Shown in pieces: positions 1 through 5,114 of a stretch of DNA of 6,055 nucleotides. The stretch is from Zygophlyctis sp. KS116. Its lineage: Eukaryota > Fungi > Chytridiomycota. A program made the translations under genes and the position numbers. Position 1 is the first letter of the stretch. Each line of letters begins with the position of its first letter. The stretch spans positions 1 through 6,055 of the forward strand of contig BAAFSQ010000454.1 in NCBI GenBank assembly GCA_054661495.1, written 5' to 3'. The notes under the pieces are model-generated. The model was given only the letters and a program-made list of their open reading frames with translations. It did no database searches and was not told the origin of the DNA.

Positions 1-157
1 AATTTTTATTGGTTTATACACTTTTAATGGCTAGTATATTAAGCATCTTTGATCATGATACATCTTTATTGAATTATTTTAAAGAATTACTAGTGCTCAA
101 TCATTATAAAATCATAAATTGGATGAAAAAACGGCAATATATCATAAATGGTATCTT
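1..157 (+). repeat. Internal 157-bp direct repeat, copy A (also 5495-5651)
   Basis: Matches 454-610 with one mismatch (A109 vs C562); spacing is 453 bp = 151 codons. Confidence 0.95.
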
Positions 158-743
158 GTCTTCTGGAAAGATTTCGAATTCGAAATTTAAGTTTACTATT
201 CTTTATCTTTGGACACTAAACATACTGAAATTTAAAGTCTTGAAAGCATTGGATCTACATGTTATACAACAAACGCGCATGATTGAAAATTGCATTTATA
301 TTTTTGAACGAAACTTGATGGGTGGATATGTTAATGGATTGAATCTTCAGTATATTTTAGAGCAGATACAGTCACTGCTTCTTGGAAAATTTCAACTTGT
401 TTGGAATATTTTTAGAGGTACATATTCCACTGGGACCATTATCGCGTCCCTCCAATTTTTATTGGTTTATACACTTTTAATGGCTAGTATATTAAGCATC
501 TTTGATCATGATACATCTTTATTGAATTATTTTAAAGAATTACTAGTGCTCAATCATTATACAATCATAAATTGGATGAAAAAACGGCAATATATCATAA
601 ATGGTATCTTTTTAGAAAAGAGTATCCATAAAGTTCTCCTAATCTCTCTTTGTTTTTGGAGACTAATACTTAACGTAATACCAATTCAAGTTTCCTGCTT
701 GCACGATGATCGTATATACAAAACAGATCAAGGGAAATTTTAA
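3..743 (+). CDS. ORF-X, C-terminal part (the 244-aa ORF 9-743 is a 5'-truncated piece of the ORF starting at 5104)
   Basis: The frame is open from the window edge. It contains an in-frame duplicated ~52-aa block (FLLVYTLLMASILSIF...QYIINGI) and ends at TAA 741-743, overlapping the APE-RT frame. Confidence 0.68.
   Translation, partial: FLLVYTLLMASILSIFDHDTSLLNYFKELLVLNHYKIINWMKKRQYIINGILSSGKISNSKFKFTILYLWTLNILKFKVLKALDLHVIQQTRMIENCIYIFERNLMGGYVNGLNLQYILEQIQSLLLGKFQLVWNIFRGTYSTGTIIASLQFLLVYTLLMASILSIFDHDTSLLNYFKELLVLNHYTIINWMKKRQYIINGIFLEKSIHKVLLISLCFWRLILNVIPIQVSCLHDDRIYKTDQGKF
171..186. repeat. Perfect 16-bp palindrome (also 5665-5680)
   Basis: ATTTCGAATTCGAAAT is its own reverse complement. 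Confidence 0.85.
454..610 (+). repeat. Internal 157-bp direct repeat, copy B (partial copy at 5948-6055)
   Basis: Matches 1-157 with one mismatch. Confidence 0.95.
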
Positions 744-3739
744 AACTTTTCTACATTAATATTTGCGGGCTTGATCATGTGAAGTTAAGATACTTGGAAA
801 ATAAATTAGATGATGCCAACGAGCCAACCATCATCATCATAGCTGAACACTGGTTCAGTAAATTTTTCAGTCTGCAAGAATCAAGATACTTTTTCTGTAG
901 TACACCTTTAATTAATTACCGTGACGTTGGACATCAAAATGGGGGACTTGCGGTTTTAGCATCTCGGACAGTTATACCATTAATCAAGGAAGCAAATGTG
1001 TCAGAGTTTTCTATACAATTTACAATCGGGTTAGAAACAATCAAGGCAGTTTATCTACCTCCCAGACTGTCCCTAGAAGAAGTCGAAAAAGTAATATCAG
1101 CTGAGACAAATCAAGTATCAATATTGTTAGGAGATATAAATGTACGTTTTGGAAAACTCTTAAATTACAAACGAACTTGGAATACACCTAGGGGACAGAA
1201 GATCATTTCAATCTTAGAAAGTTACGACATGCATTTACAACCGTCAACGGGGAAATTCTCTGGAAATGACCACGTCTTCAGCCGGAAAAATGAAACCTGG
1301 GAATATTATAAGTTAACAGATGCTCAAATGAGAACTGACCATGGAATGATTGATCTTAGCATACCTCTAGACAGACGAATTCCTCACGCTACCATTATCG
1401 GCCAAGAAAAAAGATATGCTTTCTCAATATTAAAAGATCCTATATTTAGAGATGTGATCAAAAATGACTGGATTACTGAACAGCCATTTCTTGTAGAATT
1501 TGTGGGGAAAGTACGCTTCCAGCTTAAATTGGGCAGGATAAAATCTTACCAGTCCGCACTTGAAGTGATCAACATCACATATGATACTCTTGCAGGGGCA
1601 ATAATGAATCTCTGCGAAAGAAACTTCCCAACCTATGACCCAGAAAATATAAAAAGTCAGAGAGCCACATCTCAAAATCTTGATAGTACTAACTGCTCAA
1701 CTGTTTTTGCCATTAGACAGTTTAAAAGATCCCAAAGGTTATATACCCAGGCCCAGAAATTTAAATCTTCAACAGATACTGATGTCTTGCAAGAAGCAGT
1801 GGAGTATTATTCAAACATATACTCTTCAACAACCGGCCAAGCTACATTTGATTGGTCAGATGAGTTAGTATCCAATCATTGTTGGAAAACTGATGCAGAC
1901 CAGATAGCAACAATCATAAAGCAATACAGTTCAGCGAAAGCAGCAGGTCCTGATGGAATGCATTCCTCGCTGCTTAAATGCTTATTGGAAGTTAAAGGAT
2001 TTTCCTCGCTCATAGCCGAGCTCTTTAACATATGCTTAGAATATTCGATTACTCCTCTAGCGTGGAATACATCCCGAATCCACCTTCTGATGAAGGACCC
2101 TTTAACACCATATATAGCTTCATCAAGAGCTGTATCACTTACATGTATGTTTCGAAGATTCTTTGAAAAAATCGTGCTCAGAAATAGTCTAAATGAAACC
2201 TGGAGTCAGTTACATGCAAATCAGGCCGGATTTCGGAAAGGCTGGAGCACCGTATCACATATCCTGTTAAATGATGATATGTGTCGGAGTGGATTTAATA
2301 TCTCAGCTTATTTGGACTTGAAAAGTGCATTTGATGTAGTCGATCACAGATATCTCTTCAAAATACTTAGGCAAAGAGGGGCTCCTATACAAATCTGTAA
2401 ACTCATCTACTCACTCATGGTAAATAACTGCGGATCTACGATAGCAGTGAATGGGATAGTGTCTGAAACAAAGATTCAAAGATCTCGAGGATTGTTCCAA
2501 GGGAGTATTCTCTCACCGATGCTCTTCAATATGCTAATAGATATTCTTGCAGAACAGATAACAGTTGAACTACCCCCATCCACTGTTATTCTCTTGTTTG
2601 CTGATGACATTGTGATCAAAACTAATGACTGGGTTCGATTACAACACGCCTTAGATATCTGCTACAATTGGAGTGCTAACTCCAAAATTGATTGGGGAAT
2701 ACGAAAATGCGGCGTAATTTCTAAATATGAAAGTTATCCAGTATTATTGGGAGCTGAAGTAGTCCCTGTTGTTTCTCAGTACAAATATCTGGGCCTTCCT
2801 TTCACAGCAAACGGAGTAGATTGGAAACAATATCTTTACAAGATCATGGACAAACATAATAAGTTTATCCAGGGAATTCAACTTCAATCACAAGTTTGGA
2901 CAATGAACAATAGGCTTATAATATATAGGACCTTTGTTCGACCGATCCTTGACTATTGCCTTCCTGTACTAACTCGTTGGATATCTAAACAGCAAGACTC
3001 CAAAGAGATGTTTGGTCAACTTGAAGCTACATATGGTGATGGAATCAAATGGATAATGGGCAGAGACCGTCCTTTAAAAATACTTGAAATAATTACAGGC
3101 CTAGGATCCTTCAAATTTAGAATTTCTCAGGTTGAAGCTTCCCTGGCAAACCATATCCACCTCCTCCAACAAACAAATCCACTTATTTCTTATATGAAAT
3201 CACATTTTCTTTCATTAAATAAGAATTTTATTCTTATGGACTGCAAAAAGAGTAGAATACTTCAAGAATGGAGAGTTTATTTTAAATCGGAAAAATTTCC
3301 CCTTAAATATAGAACATGGCTATTAAAACAGAAATGGCTGGAATATAAAATGCTTCCAGGAAAGTTGCACCACTATATACTTCCTCGAAGTCGAACCAAA
3401 TCTGGGGCGGACAAACTTATGCAACAAAAGTATCCAATAGCAAACAAATCTCTTCAATGGCGCTGTAATTTCTCTTTCATCAATAAATACTGTCCCGAAT
3501 GCTTCAACAAGTTCAATAGAAGACACTTGGCAAGATGTAATTTGTACTCACTATTAGATGAAAGGACACAAAGTATGTTTAAAACTACCCAATACAGGGT
3601 TGATATGAGCAAGATAAATTCTATAATCAATCAAGATGCTGAAAATTACACAGTTTTGGACTTCTACCTCAACAATGGAGATTATGACAGTTTTTTACAT
3701 CTGTACGATCAAATCTCAACACTATTGGCAGAAGTCTAG
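710..3739 (+). CDS. LINE ORF2-type polyprotein: apurinic/apyrimidinic-like endonuclease + reverse transcriptase + CCHC zinc knuckle (ORF track calls 779-3739 from GTG; the true start is upstream)
   Basis: APE motifs: LKLFYINICGL (740-772, upstream of the called GTG), IIIIAEHW, GGLAVL, AVYLPP, LLGDIN, NDHVF, TDHGMI. RT motifs: KAAGPDG, RAVSL..FRRFFEKI, QAGFRKGWST, YLDLKSAFDVV, RGLFQGSILSPMLF, LFADD (FADD 2597-2608), YKYLG. The frame is open from 710 (TGA at 707-709) to TAG 3737-3739. Confidence 0.95.
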   Translation, partial: SYIQNRSREILKLFYINICGLDHVKLRYLENKLDDANEPTIIIIAEHWFSKFFSLQESRYFFCSTPLINYRDVGHQNGGLAVLASRTVIPLIKEANVSEFSIQFTIGLETIKAVYLPPRLSLEEVEKVISAETNQVSILLGDINVRFGKLLNYKRTWNTPRGQKIISILESYDMHLQPSTGKFSGNDHVFSRKNETWEYYKLTDAQMRTDHGMIDLSIPLDRRIPHATIIGQEKRYAFSILKDPIFRDVIKNDWITEQPFLVEFVGKVRFQLKLGRIKSYQSALEVINITYDTLAGAIMNLCERNFPTYDPENIKSQRATSQNLDSTNCSTVFAIRQFKRSQRLYTQAQKFKSSTDTDVLQEAVEYYSNIYSSTTGQATFDWSDELVSNHCWKTDADQIATIIKQYSSAKAAGPDGMHSSLLKCLLEVKGFSSLIAELFNICLEYSITPLAWNTSRIHLLMKDPLTPYIASSRAVSLTCMFRRFFEKIVLRNSLNETWSQLHANQAGFRKGWSTVSHILLNDDMCRSGFNISAYLDLKSAFDVVDHRYLFKILRQRGAPIQICKLIYSLMVNNCGSTIAVNGIVSETKIQRSRGLFQGSILSPMLFNMLIDILAEQITVELPPSTVILLFADDIVIKTNDWVRLQHALDICYNWSANSKIDWGIRKCGVISKYESYPVLLGAEVVPVVSQYKYLGLPFTANGVDWKQYLYKIMDKHNKFIQGIQLQSQVWTMNNRLIIYRTFVRPILDYCLPVLTRWISKQQDSKEMFGQLEATYGDGIKWIMGRDRPLKILEIITGLGSFKFRISQVEASLANHIHLLQQTNPLISYMKSHFLSLNKNFILMDCKKSRILQEWRVYFKSEKFPLKYRTWLLKQKWLEYKMLPGKLHHYILPRSRTKSGADKLMQQKYPIANKSLQWRCNFSFINKYCPECFNKFNRRHLARCNLYSLLDERTQSMFKTTQYRVDMSKINSIINQDAENYTVLDFYLNNGDYDSFLHLYDQISTLLAEV
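740..1351 (+). other. APE (exonuclease-endonuclease-phosphatase superfamily) endonuclease domain
   Basis: Conserved catalytic-type residues occur in the right order: N (INICGL), E (AEHW), Y (VYLP), D-x-N (GDIN 1130-1141), D (NDH), DH (TDH 1334-1342). Confidence 0.88.
1937..2794 (+). other. Non-LTR reverse transcriptase domain
   Basis: All canonical blocks from KAAGPDG to YKYLG are present, with an intact FADD catalytic motif. Confidence 0.95.
3491..3538 (+). other. C-terminal CCHC zinc-knuckle motif of ORF2
   Basis: CPECFNKFNRRHLARC = C-x2-C-x7-H-x3-C, at the position typical of LINE ORF2 proteins. Confidence 0.8.
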
Positions 3740-3745
3740 AAAAAT

Positions 3746-3783
3746 CCGTTCTCTTTCCTATATAAAAGGTTTTCCGAGAACGG
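3746..3783 (+). other. Stem-loop just after the RT stop codon
   Basis: CCGTTCTC (3746-3753) pairs perfectly with GAGAACGG (3776-3783). An inner CCT/AGG stem closes the loop ATATAAA. Confidence 0.6.
3759..3768 (+). promoter_or_regulatory. Candidate TATA box
   Basis: TATATAAAAG matches TATAWAWR and lies about 100 bp upstream of the ORF1 ATG, in the only non-coding segment. Confidence 0.5.
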
Positions 3784-3816
3784 TCGGGGTTCAACTCGTG
3801 CAAAATAATTAAAATT

Positions 3817-3822
3817 AATAAA
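3817..3822 (+). terminator. Candidate polyadenylation signal
   Basis: AATAAA 78 bp after the RT stop, preceded by ATTAAA (3808-3813). The AT-rich context lowers significance. Confidence 0.35.
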
Positions 3823-3863
3823 TCTCTTACTTCCTAACCCTAAGTTCATCTGAAAATGGATCT

Positions 3864-5114
3864 ATGAATATGGATGAGGAAGAAGATGCTAGTTTGGTGG
3901 ATCTTGAAAACTTCGAAAAATCATCTTCGAATGAAACATTATCGGATATTAACTTGGCTTTAGAAAAAAGAATTTCTAATCTTGAAAAAGAACTTAATGA
4001 ATTGAAAGAAACTACAAAAGCTTATGTTGATCGATTTGGAACTATTGAAAAAGAAATAGTGAAATCAAGAATGGAGAATACTAATGCTACTAATGAATTA
4101 GCAAAACTTATGAAAGTTATGATTGCTCAACAAAATAATAAGTCTCTCGATGAAACTTTTGATCAGGGAAAATCCGTTAGTTTCCAAAGACCAGATACCT
4201 TTAATAGAAAAAGTACGAATACCAATGCTCCTGTTTCGATTTTAAAAAACACTGATACAAGCAGCAAGAAAATTAGTTATGCAGAAGTAACAAAGGAAAA
4301 TGTTAAAGGCTATGATACAAATGAGATTGTATCTCCAAAAAATGGAGTTAATAATGATCAAGAGAAAGAACTGAAAGCATTCTTAGAAACATCCAGAAAA
4401 GCAGAGAGACGAAAGGTGGAAAGAGAAACAATAACTCCTTCGGAATTAAAAATGGTTTACATTAGAGGGTTCGGTTCCACGATGACAATTTCGAAAATTA
4501 AAGCACATCTTTACAAATTGAAATTCTTACTTACAAAGATTCGTAATATTAGATATGTTGGAATTTCGACTGTAGAATTCATGGTTGAAGAATCTTATTA
4601 TATACGATTCATGAAAAGATTTCAGGGAATGGATACTCACTTTACAATTATCGAAAACTATAACCTTGTAAAAAATCCTTGGGAAAACATTCCAGATCAA
4701 GAATTCAACTCTAAGATCAGATCAGCAACTCAAAGAATCTATAAAAGTTCTATGAAATCTAATGATCGTACTGTCCAAATTTTCTTTTCGGAATTAATTG
4801 ACTCACTTGGGCCCGTTGCAATAAAAGAGGCAGAAAGATGTAACGAAGAAATAGATCGAACATCAAAAGAATCTCATAAAAAAGATGTTACACAGAATTC
4901 AGATAAGGAAGTGACAGGGCAAAACTTTTCTGATAGTATTCTTGTTGAGCCTCCTAAAAAGAAGAATGAAGAAAGTAAATCAACAGACATTTCTGAAATA
5001 GAAATTGAAGAAAATGACTTAGACTCTGTTGACTTAACGAACGATTCAAATAACAATTTGGAAAATGAAGACATCGAAATGGACAATATAGATCATACTA
5101 ATAATGATCAGTAG
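3864..5114 (+). CDS. ORF1 / gag-like nucleic-acid-binding protein of the retroelement (416 aa)
   Basis: N-terminal heptad coiled coil (LEKRISNLEKELNELKE), a low-complexity linker with SYAEV, an RRM-like block (LKMVYIRGF...IKAHL...IRNIRYVG..TVEFMV) and an acidic D/E/N-rich tail. This layout is typical of LINE ORF1 proteins. No CCHC knuckle was seen. Confidence 0.78.
   Translation: MNMDEEEDASLVDLENFEKSSSNETLSDINLALEKRISNLEKELNELKETTKAYVDRFGTIEKEIVKSRMENTNATNELAKLMKVMIAQQNNKSLDETFDQGKSVSFQRPDTFNRKSTNTNAPVSILKNTDTSSKKISYAEVTKENVKGYDTNEIVSPKNGVNNDQEKELKAFLETSRKAERRKVERETITPSELKMVYIRGFGSTMTISKIKAHLYKLKFLLTKIRNIRYVGISTVEFMVEESYYIRFMKRFQGMDTHFTIIENYNLVKNPWENIPDQEFNSKIRSATQRIYKSSMKSNDRTVQIFFSELIDSLGPVAIKEAERCNEEIDRTSKESHKKDVTQNSDKEVTGQNFSDSILVEPPKKKNEESKSTDISEIEIEENDLDSVDLTNDSNNNLENEDIEMDNIDHTNNDQ

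Larger units (their letters stand above)
1..561 (+). repeat. Terminal direct repeat, left copy (561 bp)
   Basis: Identical by eye to 5495-6055. Confidence 0.97.

Noticed and set aside
1-561. 561-bp terminal repeats as true LTRs of an LTR retrotransposon
   Set aside because: There are no TG...CA ends, PBS, PPT, integrase, protease or RNase H. The repeat lies inside a coding frame, its ends coincide with assembly-graph branch points, and the RT is of the APE non-LTR type.
1-610. 157-bp repeat pair with an A-to-C mismatch as DGR template/variable repeats
   Set aside because: There is only one mismatch, the RT is a ~1000-aa APE-fused LINE enzyme rather than a small DGR RT, and no Avd or C-type lectin target was recognised.
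1-610. CRISPR array
   Set aside because: The repeat is 157 bp with two copies per unit, in frame within an ORF, and there are no cas genes.
732-741. GGGAAAT / AAATTTT as -1 slippery heptamers fusing ORF-X to RT
   Set aside because: They are out of phase for the ORF-X frame (GGG AAA TTT TAA). They are in phase only for the ATG 706 frame, where a -1 slip runs into TAA 741-743.
1430-1675. 81-aa minus-strand ORF
   Set aside because: Short antisense shadow of the RT ORF with no motifs.
1680-1868. 62-aa alternative-frame ORF
   Set aside because: Nested in the RT ORF, non-ATG start, no motifs.
2087-2607. CTGATGA hammerhead cores at 2087-2093 and 2601-2607
   Set aside because: Both are explained by RT codons (LLMK, ADD), and I could not build the flanking stems.
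3323-3526. 67-aa minus-strand ORF
   Set aside because: Short antisense shadow of the RT C-terminus.
710-3739. Group II intron, retron or Penelope-type RT
   Set aside because: The N-terminal APE domain and C-terminal CCHC are diagnostic of non-LTR elements. No maturase X/HNH, VTG retron motif or GIY-YIG domain was seen.
3740-3810. tRNA gene or tRNA-derived SINE suggested by GGTTCAACTC
   Set aside because: No cloverleaf, A box or proper 5-bp T stem could be built, so it is kept only as a motif note.
4874-5086. 70-aa minus-strand Ser/Phe-rich ORF
   Set aside because: Mirror of the GAA/AAA-rich acidic tail of ORF1.
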